In this document: positions 13,701 to 28,472 of the stretch, piece by piece
Position numbering within the stretch: position 1 is the first letter of the stretch
Layout: every line of letters starts with the position of its first letter
Assembly (NCBI RefSeq): GCF_009914755.1
Contig: NC_060948.1
Direction: 5' to 3' (one strand)
Length of the DNA stretch: 64,000 nt
DNA from: the human T2T-CHM13v2.0 reference genome, Homo sapiens
Program-made: the position numbers and the translations under genes
Notes under the pieces: generated by a model
The model's input: the letters and a program-made list of their open reading frames with translations, nothing else
Told to the model about the DNA's origin: nothing
Databases searched by the model: none

Positions 13701-14265
13701 CGAACAGAGTGGAATGGAAAGTGTTGAGATAGAATGGAATGGACTCTTTTGGAATGGTCTAGTATGCAATGCAATCGACTGGCAGGGAATCAAAAGGAAT
13801 GTAATCGAATGGATTAGACTGGAATGCAATGGACTCGAATAGATTGGAAACGGAATGCAAAGGAATGGAATGGAATAGTATGGAATGGAATGGAAAGGAA
13901 TGGAGTGGAATAGACTAGAGTGGAATGGAATGGACTGGAAAGCAATGGACTGGAATGGAACTTTCTTGAATGGACTGGAATCAAACGGAATGGAATGCAA
14001 TGCAATCAAATGGCATGGAATAAAATAGAATGAAAGAGAATCAAATGGAATTGAATCGAATGGAATCGAATGGATTGGAAAGGAATAGAATGGAATGGAA
14101 TGGAATTGACTCAAATGGAATGGACTAGAATGGAATGGATTCGAATGGAAGGCAAAGGAATGGAATCTATTGGAATGGACTGTAATGGAATGGAATGGAA
14201 GGGATTGGAATGGACTCGAATGGAATGGACTGCAATAGAAAGGATTCGAATGGAATGAAAAAGAG
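10712..14265. repeat. DYZ1 monomer 4 (3554 bp), chimeric
   Basis: First part resembles monomer 3. From ~13.2 kb it carries markers shared with monomer 5 (GTGTTGAG, CTCTTTTGG, ATTAGACT, AAGAGTTG). Confidence 0.88.
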
Positions 14266-17200
14266 TTGAATGGAATAGAACAGAATGGAATCAAATCGAA
14301 TGAAATGGAATGGAATAGAAAGGAATGGAATGAAATGGAATGGAAAGGATTCGAATGGAATGCAATCGAATGGAATGGAATCGAACGGAATGGAATAAAA
14401 TGGAAGAAAACTGGCAAGAAATGGAATCGAAATGAATGGAGTGTTATGGAACGGACTCAAAAGGAATTGAATGTAATAGAATGGAGTGGAGTGGACTCGA
14501 ATATAATGGACTGGAATGGAATGAAATCACATGGAATGGGAACGAATGGAATGGAATGGAAAGGAATGGAATCGAATGGAAAGGAATCGAATGGAAGGGA
14601 ATGAAATTGAATCAACAGGAATGGAAGGGAATAGAATAGACGGTAATGGAATGGACTCGAATAGAATGGACACGAATGCTCAAATTGAATGGACTCGAAT
14701 GGAATGGAAACGAAAGGAATGTCATCGAATGGAATTGAATCGATTGGAATGAAATCGCATAGAATGGAGTGGAATCAAATGGAATTGAATCGAAAGGAAA
14801 GGAAGCGAATGGACTGAAATGAAATGGAATGGAATTGAATGGAAAGTAATGCAATGGAATAGAATGGAACGAAATTTCACGGAATGGAATCAAACTGAAT
14901 GGAATCAAATCAATGGAATCAAATCAAATGGAATGGAAAGGAATTGAATGGAGTAGATTGGATTGGATGGGATTGGAATGAAATGTACTGGAAAGGACTC
15001 GAATTTCATGAAACGGAATGGAATGAATTGGAACGGAATGGACTCGAATGGAATGGAATGTCATGGAATGGCATCAAATGGAATGGCATCAAATGGAATG
15101 GAATCGAATGCAATGGAATGCTATGGAATGGAATGGAATGCATTGGAATGGAATGTCCTCTAATGGAATGGATTCGAGTGGAATGGAATCGAATATAATG
15201 GAGTCGAATGAAAAGGAATTGAAAGAATGGGATCGAATACAATGGAATATACTGGAATGTAATGTAATGAACTCGAATGTAATTGACTGGAATGGAATGT
15301 ACATGAATGGAATGTAATCGAATGGAAATTAATCCAATGGAATAGAATCTAATGCAATAAAATCGACTCAGATAGAGTAGAATGTAATGGAATGGAGTGC
15401 AGTGCAATGGAATGGAATGGAATGGAATGCAATGGAATGGAATGGAATGGAATGGAATGGAATGGAATGGAATGGGATGGAATGGTATGGAATGGATAGT
15501 AATGGACTGGAATGAAATGGACTGGAAAAGAATGGACTCAAATTGAAAGGGCTCGAAAGGAATGGAGTCAAATGGAATGGTCTGGAATGGAATGAACACG
15601 AATGTAATGCAATCCAATAGAATGGAATCGAATGGCATGGAATATAAAGAAATGGAATCGAAGAGAATGGAAACAAATGGAATGGAATTGAATGGAATGG
15701 AATTGAATGGAATGGGAACGAATGGAGTGAAATTGTATGCAGTAGAAGAGAATAGAATGGAATTCAAGCGAAAGGAAAGGAATGGATTGCAATGGAATGG
15801 AATTCATTGGAATGGAAGGGAATGTAGTGTAATGGACAGGCCTGGAATAAAGTGGAATGTTACGGTCTCGAATGGAATAAAAATGTATGGAATGGAATGC
15901 AATGAAACGGAATCGAATGTCATAGAATGTAATGGAATGCAAAAAAATGGAATCCAAAATCATTGACTGGAAAGGCTGGGTGTCGAAAGGAATTGACTCC
16001 AATGGAATGGAATCGAATGGAATGGAAGTGAATAGAATCGAACTAAATCGAATGGAATGGAATTGATAGGAACGGAATGGAAAGGAATGCAATGATTTGG
16101 CATGGAATGGAATCGAATGGCATCGAATGGAATGGAATGCAATGGAATGGAATGTATTAGAATGTAATGAACATTAATGGAATGTACTCGAATGGATTCG
16201 ACTGGAATGGAATGTTCTGGAAGTGAATGGACTCCAATGGAATGGATTCGAAAGGAATGGAATCGAACGGAATGGAATCTAATGGAATGGAATTAAATGG
16301 AAATGAATCAAATTGAATAGCACGGAATTGAATTGAATGGAATCGAATGCAATGGAATCTAATGAAACGGAAAGGAAAGGAATGGAATGGAATGGAATGG
16401 GCTGGAATGGAAAGGAATCGAAACGAATGGAATGGAATCGAACTGAAGAGACTGGAATGGAATGCACTGGAATGGAAGGGAGTGTAATGGAAGGTTCTCG
16501 AAAATAATGGAAGCAAATGGAATGGAATTGAATGGAACGGAATAGAGTCGAATGGAATTGAATGGAATGGAATGGACTAGAGTGAAATGGAATCGAACCA
16601 CAAGGAATGGACAGGAATAGAATGGTCTCGAATTGAATGGAATCGTATGGAATGGCATCAAACGGAATGGAATGGACAGCCACGGAATGGAATGCACTCG
16701 AATGCAATGGAGTCGAAACTTATGGACTGGAATAGAATGGACTCGACTGGTACGGACTCCAATGGAATGGAATCGAATGGAAGGGATTCGAACGGAATGG
16801 ACTCGAAGGGAAAAGACTGCAATGGAAAGGTCTCGAATGGAATGGAAATTAATGGAATGGAATGGAATCGAATGAAATGGAGTCAAAAGGAATGGAATCG
16901 AATGGCAAGAAATCGAATGTAATGGAATCGCAAGGAATTGATGTGAACGGAACGGAATGGAATGGAATCCAAAGGAATGGAATAGAATGGAATGGAATCG
17001 AATGGAAAGGACTCGAATGGAAATCACTCGAATAGAATGCAATTTAATAAAATAGGATCAAATGTAATTGAATAGAATGGAAAGGAATCGAAACGAAAGG
17101 AATGGAGACAGATGGAATGGAATGGAACAGAGAGCAATGGTATAGAATGGAATGGAATCATCTGGAATGGAATTGAATGGAATGGAATAATATGAAATGG

Positions 17201-17823
17201 AATGGAATGGAATAGAATGGAATGCCCTTGAATTAAATGGACTGGAATGGAATGGACTCGAACAGAGTGGAATGGAAAGTGTTGAGATAGAATGGAATGG
17301 ACTCTTTTGGAATGGTCTAGTATGCAATGCAATCGACTGGCAGGGAATCAAAAGGAATGTAATCGAATGGATTAGACTGGAATGCAATGGACTCGAATAG
17401 ATTGGAAAAGGAATGCAAAGGAATGGAATGGAATAGTATGGAATGGAATGGAAAGGAATGGAGTGGAATAGACTAGAGTGGAATGGAATGGACTGGAAAG
17501 CAATGGACTGGAATGGAACTTTCTTGAATGGACTGGAATCAAACGGAATGGAATGCAATGCAATCAAATGGCATGGAATAAAATAGAATGAAAGAGAATC
17601 AAATGGAATTGAATCGAATGGAATCGAATGGATTGGAAAGGAATAGAATGGAATGGAATGGAATTGACTCAAATGGAATGGACTAGAATGGAATGGATTC
17701 GAATGGAAGGCAAAGGAATGGAATCTATTGGAATGGACTGTAATGGAATGGAATGGAAGGGATTGGAATGGACTCGAATGGAATGGACTGCAATAGAAAG
17801 GATTCGAATGGAATGAAAAAGAG
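14266..17823. repeat. DYZ1 monomer 5 (3558 bp), haplotype 'A'
   Basis: A markers plus an extra EcoRI site (GAATTCAAGCG) at 15760. Confidence 0.9.
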
Positions 17824-20800
17824 TTGAATGGAATAGAACAGAATGGAATCAAATCGAATGAAATGGAATGGAATAGAAAGGAATGGAATGAAATGGAATG
17901 GAAAGGATTCGAATGGAATGCAATCGAATGGAATGGAATCGAACGGAATGGAATAAAATGGAAGAAAACTGGCAAGAAATGGAATCGAAATGAATGGAGT
18001 GTTATGGAACGGACTCAAAAGGAATTGAATGTAATAGAATGGAGTGGAGTGGACTCGAATATAATGGACTGGAATGGAATGAAATCACATGGAATGGGAA
18101 CGAATGGAATGGAATGGAAAGGAATGGAATCGAATGGAAAGGAATCGAATGGAAGGGAATGAAATTGAATCAACAGGAATGGAAGGGAATAGAATAGACG
18201 GTAATGGAATGGACTCGAATAGAATGGACACGAATGCTCAAATTGAATGGACTCGAATGGAATGGAAACGAAAGGAATGTCATCGAATGGAATTGAATCG
18301 ATTGGAATGAAATCGCATAGAATGGAGTGGAATCAAATGGAATTGAATCGAAAGGAAAGGAAGCGAATGGACTGAAATGAAATGGAATGGAATTGAATGG
18401 AAAGTAATGCAATGGAATAGAATGGAACGAAATTTCACGGAATGGAATCAAACTGAATGGAATCAAATCAATGGAATCAAATCAAATGGAATGGAAAGGA
18501 ATTGAATGGAGTAGATTGGATTGGATGGGATTGGAATGAAATGTACTGGAAAGGACTCGAATTTCATGAAACGGAATGGAATGAATTGGAACGGAATGGA
18601 CTCGAATGGAATGGAATGTCATGGAATGGCATCAAATGGAATGGCATCAAATGGAATGGAATCGAATGCAATGGAATGCTATGGAATGGAATGGAATGCA
18701 TTGGAATGGAATGTCCTCTAATGGAATGGATTCGAGTGGAATGGAATCGAATATAATGGAGTCGAATGAAAAGGAATTGAAAGGAATGGGATCGAATACA
18801 ATGGAATATACTGGAATGTAATGTAATGAACTCGAATGTAATTGACTGGAATGGAATGTACATGAATGGAATGTAATCGAATGGAAAGTAATCGAATGGA
18901 ATAGAATCTAATGCAATAAAATCGACTCAGATAGAGTAGAATGTAATGGAATGGAGTGCAGTGCAATGGAATGGAATGGAATGGAATGCAATGGAATGGA
19001 ATGGAATGGAATGGAATGGAATGGAATGGAATGGGATGGAATGGTATGGAATGGATAGTAATGGACTGGAATGAAATGGACTGGAAATGAATGGACTCAA
19101 ATTGAAAGGGCTCGAAAGGAATGGAGTCAAATGGAATGGTCTGGAATGGAATGAACACGAATGTAATGCAATCCAATAGAATGGAATCGAATGGCATGGA
19201 ATATAAAGAAATGGAATCGAAGAGAATGGAAACAAATGGAATGGAATTGAATGGAATGGAATTGAATGGAATGGGAACGAATGGAGTGAAATTGTATGCA
19301 GTAGAAGAGAATAGAATGGAATTCAAGCGAAAGGAAAGGAATGGATTGCAATGGAATGGAATTCATTGGAATGGAAGGGAATGTAGTGTAATGGACAGGC
19401 CTGGAATAAAGTGGAATGTTACGGTCTCGAATGGAATAAAAATGTATGGAATGGAATGCAATGAAACGGAATCGAATGTCATAGAATGTAATGGAATGCA
19501 AAAAAATGGAATCCAAAATCATTGACAGGAAAGGCTGGGTGTCGAAAGGAATTGACTCCAATGGAATGGAATCGAATGGAATGGAAGTGAATAGAATCGA
19601 ACTAAATCGAATGGAATGGAATTGATAGGAACGGAATGGAAAGGAATGCAATGATTTGGCATGGAATGGAATCGAATGGCATCGAATGGAATGCAATGGA
19701 ATGGAATGTATTAGAATGTAATGAACTTTAATGGAATGCACTCGAATGGATTCGACTGGAATGGAATGTTCTGGAAGTGAATGGACTCCAATGGAATGGA
19801 TTCAAAAGGAATGGAATCGTACGGAATGGAATCTAATGGAATGGAATTAAATGGAAATGAATCAAATTGAATAGCACGGAATTGAATTGAAAGGAATGGA
19901 ATGCAATGGAATCTAATGAAACGGAAAGGAAAGGAATGGAATGGAATGGAATGGGCTGGAATGGAAAGTAATCGAAACGAATGGAATGGAATTGAAGTGA
20001 AGAGACTGCAATGGAATGCACTGGAATGGAAGTTTCTCGAAAAAAATGGAATCGAATGGAATGGAATTGAATGGAACGGAATAGTGTCGAATGGAATTGA
20101 ATGGAATGGAATGGACTAGAGTGAAATGGAATCGAACCACAAGGAATGGACAGGAATAGAATGGTCTCGAATTGAATGGAATCGTATGGAATGGCATCAA
20201 ACGGAATGGAATGGACAGCCACGGAATGGAATGCACTCGAATGCAATGGAGTCGAAACTAATGGACTGGAATAGAATGGACTCGACTGGTACGGACTCCA
20301 ATGGAATGGAATCGAATGGAAGGGAATCGAATGGAAGGGAATCGAACGGAATGGACTCGAAGGGAAAAGACTGCAATGGAAAGGTCTCGAATGGAATGGA
20401 AATTAATGGAATGGAGTGGAATCGAATGAAATGGAGTCAAAAGGAATGGAATCGAATGGCAAGAAATCGAATGTAATGGAATCGCCAGGAATTGATGTGA
20501 ACGGAACGGAATGGAATGGAATCCAAAGGAATGGAATAGAATGGAATGGAATCGAATGGAAAGGACTCGAATGGAAATCACTCGAATAGAATGCAATTTA
20601 ATAAAATAGGATCAAATGTAATGGAATGGAATGGAAAGGAATCGAAAGAAAGGAATGGAGACAGATGGAATGGAATGGAACAGAGAACAATGGTATAGAA
20701 TGGAATGGAATCATCTGGAATGGAATTGAATGGAATGGAATAATATGAAATGGAATGGAATGGAATGGAATGGAATGCCCTTGAATTAAATGGACTGGAA

Positions 20801-21375
20801 TGGAATGGACTCAAACAGAGTGGAATGGAAAGTGTGGAGATAGAATGGAATGAACTCCTTTGGAATGGTGTAGTATGCAATGCAATCGACTGGCAGGGAA
20901 TCAAAAGGAATGTAATCGAATGGATTGGACTGGAATGCAATGGACTCGAATAGATTGGAAACGGAATGCAAAGAATGGAATGGAATAGTATGGAATGCAA
21001 TGGAAGGGAATGGAGTGGAATAGACTAGAGTGGAATGGAATGGACTGGAAAGCAATGGACTGGAATGGAACTTTCTTGGATGGACTGGAATCAAACGGAA
21101 TAGAATGCAATGCAATCAAATGGCATGGAATAAAATAGAATGAAAGAGAATCAAATGGAATTGAATCGAATGGAATCGAATGGATTGGAAAGGAATAGAA
21201 TGGAATGGAATGGAATTGACTCAAATGGAATGGACTAGAATGGAATGGATTCGAATGGAAGGCAAAGGAATGGAATCTATTGGAATGGACTGTAATGGAA
21301 TGGAATGGAAGGGATTGGAATGGACTCGAATGGAATGGACTGCAATAGAAAGGATTCGAATGGAATGAAAAAGAA
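17824..21375. repeat. DYZ1 monomer 6 (3552 bp), A/C chimera
   Basis: A markers to ~19.42 kb. Then ATTGACAGG, 10- and 15-bp deletions, ATAGTGTCG, ATCGAAAGAAAGG, GAACAATGG. Confidence 0.9.
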
Positions 21376-24300
21376 TTGAATGGAATAGAACAGAATGGAA
21401 TCAAATCGAATGAAATGGAATGGAATAGAAAGGAATGGAATGAAATGGAATGGAAAGGATTCGAATGGAATGCAATCGAATGGAATGGAATCGAACGGAA
21501 TGGAATATAATGGAAGAAAACTGGCAAGAAATGGAATCGAAATGAATGGAGTGTTATGGAACGGACTCAAAAGGAATTGAATGTAATAGAATGGAGTGGA
21601 GTGGACTCGAATATAATGGACTGGAATGGAATGAAATCACATGGAATGGGAACGAATGGAATGGAATGGAAAGGAATGGAATCGAATGGAAAGGAATCGA
21701 ATGGAAGGGAATGAAATTGAATCAACAGGAATGGAAGGGAATAGAATAGACTGTAATGGAATGGACTCGAATAGAATGGACACGAATGCTCAAATTAAAT
21801 GGACTCGAATGGAATGGAAACGAAAGGAATGTCATCGAATGGAATTGAATCGATTGGAATGAAATCGCATAGAATGCAGTGGAATCAAATGGAATTGAAT
21901 CGAAAGGAAAGGAAGCGAATGGACTGAAATAAAATGGAATGGAATTGAATGGAAAGTAATGCAATGGAATAGAATGGAACGAAATTTCACGGAATGGAAT
22001 CAAACTGAATGGAATCAAATCAATGGAATCAAATCAAATGGAATGGAAAGGAATTGAATGGAGTAGATGGGATTGGATGGGATTGGAATGAAATGTACTG
22101 GAAAGGACTCGAATTTCATGAAACGGAATGGAATGAATTGGAACGGAATGGACTCGAATGGAATGGAATGTCATGGGATGGCATCAAATGGAATGACATC
22201 AAATGGAATGGAATCGAATGCAATGGAATGCTATGGAATGGAATGGAATGCATTGGAATGGAATGTCCTCTAATGGAATGGATTCGAGTGGAATGGAATT
22301 GAATATAATGGAGTCGAATGAAATGGAATTGAAAGGAATGGGATCGAATACAATGGAATATACTGGAATGTAACGTAATGAACTCGAATGTAATTGACTG
22401 GAATGGAATGTACATGAATGGAATGTAATCGAATGGAAAGTAATCCAATGGAATAGAATCTAATGCAATAAAATCGACTCAGATAGAGTAGAATGTAATG
22501 GAATGGAGTGCAGTGCAATGGAATGGAATGGAATGGAATGCAATGGAATGGAATGGAATGGAATGGAATGGAATGGGATGGAATGGTATGGAATGGATAG
22601 TAATGGACTGGAGTGAAATGGACTGGAAAGGAATGGACTCAAATTGAAAGGTCTCGAAAGGAATGGAGTCAAATGGAATGGTCTGGAATGGAATGAACAC
22701 GAATGTAATGCAACCCAATAGAATGGAATCGAATGGCATGGAATATAAAGAAATGGAATCGAAGAGAATGGAAACAAATGGAATGGAATTGAATGGAATG
22801 GGAACGAATGGAGTGAAATTGTATGCAGTAGAAGAGAATAGAATGGAATTCAAGCGAAAGGAAAGGAATGGATTGCAATGGAATGGAATTCATTGGAATG
22901 GAAGGGAATGTAGTGTAATGGACAGGCCTGGAATAAAGTGGAATGTTACGGTCTCGAATGGAATAAAAATGTATGGAATGGAATGCAATGAAACGGAATC
23001 GAATGTCATAGAATGTAATGGAATGAAAAAAAATGGAATCCAAAATCATTGACTGGAAAGGCTGGGTGTCGAAAGGAATTGACTCCAATGGAATGGAATC
23101 GAATGGAATGGAAGTGAATAGAATCGAACTAAATCGAATGGAATGGAATTGATAGGAACGGAATGGAAAGGAATGCAATGATTTGGCATGGAATGGAATC
23201 GAATGGCATCGAATGGAATGGAATGGAATGCAATGGAATGGAATGTATTAGAATGTAATGAACATTAATGGAATGTACTCGAATGGATTCGACTGGAATG
23301 GAATGTTCTGGAAGTGAATGGACTCCAATGGAATGGATTCGAAAGGAATGGAATCGAACGGAATGGAATCTAATGGAATGGAATTAAATGGAAATGAATC
23401 AAATTGAATAGCACGGAATTGAATTGAATGGAATCGAATGCAATGGAATCTAATGAAACGGAAAGGAAAGGAATGGAATGGAATGGAATGGGCTGGAATG
23501 GAAAGGAATCGAAACGAATGGAATGGAATCGAACTGAAGAGACTGGAATGGAATGCACTGGAATGGAAGGGAGTGTAATGGAAGGTTCTCGAAAATAATG
23601 GAAGCAAATGGAATGGAATTGAATGGAACGGAATAGAGTCGAATGGAATTGAATGGAATGGAATGGACTAGAGTGAAATGGAATCGAACCACAAGGAATG
23701 GACAGGAATAGAATGGTCTCGAATTGAATGGAATCGTATGGAATGGCATCAAACGGAATGGAATGGACAGCCACGGAATGGAATGCACTCGAATGCAATG
23801 GAGTCGAAACTTATGGACTGGAATAGAATGGACTCGACTGGTACGGACTCCAATGGAATGGAATCGAATGGAAGGGATTCGAACGGAATGGACTCGAAGG
23901 GAAAAGACTGCAATGGAAAGGTCTCGAATGGAATGGAAATTAATGGAATGGAATGGAATCGAATGAAATGGAGTCAAAAGGAATGGAATCGAATGGCAAG
24001 AAATCGAATGTAATGGAATCGCAAGGAATTGATGTGAACGGAACGGAATGGAATGGAATCCAAAGGAATGGAATAGAATGGAATGGAATCGAATGGAAAG
24101 GACTCGAATGGAAATCACTCGAATAGAATGCAATTTAATAAAATAGGATCAAATGGAATGGAATGGAATGGAAAGGAATCGAAACGAAAGGAATGGAGAC
24201 AGATGGAATGGAATGGAACAGAGAGCAATGGTATAGAATGGAATGGAATCATCTGGAATGGAATTGAATGGAATGGAATAATATGAAATGGAATGGAATG

Positions 24301-24914
24301 GAATGGAATGGAATGCCCTTGAATTAAATGGACTGGAATGGAATGGACTCGAACAGAGTGGAATGGAAAGTGTTGAGATAGAATGGAATGGACTCTTTTG
24401 GAATGGTGTAGTATGCAATGCAATCGACTGGCAGGGAATCAAAAGGAATGTAATGGAATGGACTGGACTGGAATGCAATGGACTCGAATAGATTGGAAAC
24501 GGAATGCAAAGGAATGGAATGGAATAGTATGGAATGGAATGGAAAGGAATGGAGTGGAATAGACTAGAGTGGAATGGAATGGACTGGAAAGCAATGGACT
24601 GGAATGGAACTTTCTTGAATGGACTGGAATCAAACGGAATGGAATGCAATGCAATCAAATTGCATGGAATAAAATAGAATGAAAGAGAATCAAATGGAAT
24701 TGAATCGAATGGAATCGAATGGATTGGAAAGGAATAGAATGGAATGGAATGGAATTGACTCAAATGGAATGGACTAGAATGGAATGGATTCGAATGGAAG
24801 GCAAAGGAATGGAATCTATTGGAATGGACTGTAATGGAATGGAATGGAAGGGATTGGAATGGACTCGAATGGAATGGACTGCAATAGAAAGGATTCGAAT
24901 GGAATGAAAAAGAG
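21376..24914. repeat. DYZ1 monomer 7 (3539 bp), C/A chimera
   Basis: GACATC and GGTCTCGAAAGG before ~22.79 kb. A markers from 22846. Confidence 0.9.
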
Positions 24915-27900
24915 TTGAATGGAATAGAACAGAATGGAATCAAATCGAATGAAATGGAATGGAATAGAAAGGAATGGAATGAAATGGAATGGAAAGGATT
25001 CGAATGGAATGCAATCGAATGGAATGGAATCGAACGGAATGGAATAAAATGGAAGAAAACTGGCAAGAAATGGAATCGAAATGAATGGAGTGTTATGGAA
25101 CGGACTCAAAAGGAATTGAATGTAATAGAATGGAGTGGAGTGGACTCGAATATAATGGACTGGAATGGAATGAAATCACATGGAATGGGAACGAATGGAA
25201 TGGAATGGAAAGGAATGGAATCGAATGGAAAGGAATCGAATGGAAGGGAATGAAATTGAATCAACAGGAATGGAAGGGAATAGAATAGACGGTAATGGAA
25301 TGGACTCGAATAGAATGGACACGAATGCTCAAATTGAATGGACTCGAATGGAATGGAAACGAAAGGAATGTCATCGAATGGAATTGAATCGATTGGAATG
25401 AAATCGCATAGAATGGAGTGGAATCAAATGGAATTGAATCGAAAGGAAAGGAAGCGAATGGACTGAAATGAAATGGAATGGAATTGAATGGAAAGTAATG
25501 CAATGGAATAGAATGGAACGAAATTTCACGGAATGGAATCAAACTGAATGGAATCAAATCAATGGAATCAAATCAAATGGAATGGAAAGGAATTGAATGG
25601 AGTAGATTGGATTGGATGGGATTGGAATGAAATGTACTGGAAAGGACTCGAATTTCATGAAACGGAATGGAATGAATTGGAACGGAATGGACTCGAATGG
25701 AATGGAATGTCATGGAATGGCATCAAATGGAATGGCATCAAATGGAATGGAATCGAATGCAATGGAATGCTATGGAATGGAATGGAATGCATTGGAATGG
25801 AATGTCCTCTAATGGAATGGATTCGAGTGGAATGGAATCGAATATAATGGAGTCGAATGAAAAGGAATTGAAAGGAATGGGATCGAATACAATGGAATAT
25901 ACTGGAATGTAATGTAATGAACTCGAATGTAATTGACTGGAATGGAATGTACATGAATGGAATGTAATCGAATGGAAAGTAATCGAATGGAATAGAATCT
26001 AATGCAATAAAATCGACTCAGATAGAGTAGAATGTAATGGAATGGAGTGCAGTGCAATGGAATGGAATGGAATGGAATGCAATGGAATGGAATGGAATGG
26101 AATGGAATGGAATGGAATGGAATGGAATGGGATGGAATGGTATGGAATGGATAGTAATGGACTGGAATGAAATGGACTGGAAAAGAATGGACTCAAATTG
26201 AAAGGGCTCGAAAGGAATGGAGTCAAATGGAATGGTCTGGAATGGAATGAACACGAATGTAATGCAATCCAATAGAATGGAATCGAATGGCATGGAATAT
26301 AAAGAAATGGAATCGAAGAGAATGGAAACAAATGGAATGGAATTGAATGGAATGGAATTGAATGGAATGGGAACGAATGGAGTGAAATTGTATGCAGTAG
26401 AAGAGAATAGAATGGAATTCAAGCGAAAGGAAAGGAATGGATTGCAATGGAATGGAATTCATTGGAATGGAAGGGAATGTAGTGTAATGGACAGGCCTGG
26501 AATAAAGTGGAATGTTACGGTCTCGAATGGAATAAAAATGTATGGAATGGAATGCAATGAAACGGAATCGAATGTCATAGAATGTAATGGAATGCAAAAA
26601 AATGGAATCCAAAATCATTGACAGGAAAGGCTGGGTGTCGAAAGGAATTGACTCCAATGGAATGGAATCGAATGGAATGGAAGTGAATAGAATCGAACTA
26701 AATCGAATGGAATGGAATTGATAGGAACGGAATGGAAAGGAATGCAATGATTTGGCATGGAATGGAATCGAATGGCATCGAATGGAATGCAATGGAATGG
26801 AATGTATTAGAATGTAATGAACTTTAATGGAATGTACTCGAATGGATTCGACTGGAATGGAATGTTCTGGAAGTGAATGGACTCCAATGGAATGGATTCA
26901 AAAGGAATGGAATCGTACGGAATGGAATCTAATGGAATGGAATTAAATGGAAATGAATCAAATTGAATAGCACGGAATTGAATTGAATGGAATGGAATGC
27001 AATGGAATCTAATGAAACGGAAAGGAAAGGAATGGAATGGAATGGAATGGGCTGGAATGGAAAGGAATCGAAACGAATGGAATGGAATCGAACTGAAGAG
27101 ACTGCAATGGAATGCACTGGAATGGAAGGTTCTCGAAATAAATGGAATCGAATGGAATGGAATTGAATGGAACGGAATAGTGTCGAATGGAATTGAATGG
27201 AATGGAATGGACTAGAGTGAAATGGAATCGAACCACAAGGAATGGACAGGAATAGAATGGTCTCGAATTGAATGGAATCGTATGGAATGGCATCAAACGG
27301 AATGGAATGGACAGCCACGGAATGGAATGCACTCGAATGCAATGGAGTCGAAACTAATGGACTGGAATAGAATGGACTCGACTGGTACGGACTCCAATGT
27401 AATGGAATCGAATGGAAGGGAATCGAACGGAAGGGAATCGAACGGAATGGACTCGAAGGGAAAAGACTGCAATGGAAAGGTCTCGAATGGAATGGAAATT
27501 AATGGAATGGAGTGGAATCGAATGAAATGGAGTCAAAAGGAATGGAATCGAATGGCAAGAAATCGAATGTAATGGAATCGCCAGGAATTGATGTGAACGG
27601 AACGGAATGGAATGGAATCCAAAGGAATGGAATAGAATGGAATGGAATCGAATGGAAAGGACTCGAATGGAAATCACTCGAATAGAATGCAATTTAATAA
27701 AATAGGATCAAATGTAATGGAATGGAATGGAAAGGAATCGAAAGAAAGGAATGGAGACAGATGGAATGGAATGGAACAGAGAACAATGGTATAGAATGGA
27801 ATGGAATCATCTGGAATGGAATTGAATGGAATGGAATAATATGAAATGGAATGGAATGGAATGGAATGGAATGCCCTTGAATTAAATGGACTGGAATGGA

Positions 27901-28472
27901 ATGGACTCAAACAGAGTGGAATGGAAAGTGTGGAGATAGAATGGAATGAACTCCTTTGGAATGGTGTAGTATGCAATGCAATCGACTGGCAGGGAATCAA
28001 AAGGAATGTAATCGAATGGATTGGACTGGAATGCAATGGACTCGAATAGATTGGAAACGGAATGCAAAGGAATGGAATGGAATAGTATGGAATGCAATGG
28101 AAGGGAATGGAGTGGAATAGACTAGAGTGGAATGGAATGGACTGGAAAGCAATGGACTGGAATGGAACTTTCTTGAATGGACTGGAATCAAACGGAATGG
28201 AATGCAATGCAATCAAATGGCATGGAATAAAATAGAATGAAAGAGAATCAAATGGAATTGAATCGAATGGAATCGAATGGATTGGAAAGGAATAGAATGG
28301 AATGGAATGGAATTGACTCAAATGGAATGGACTAGAATGGAATGGATTCGAATGGAAGGCAAAGGAATGGAATCTATTGGAATGGACTGTAATGGAATGG
28401 AATGGAAGGGATTGGAATGGACTCGAATGGAATGGACTGCAATAGAAAGGATTCGAATGGAATGAAAAAGAA
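24915..28472. repeat. DYZ1 monomer 8 (3558 bp), A/C chimera
   Basis: Same marker order as monomer 6. Confidence 0.9.
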
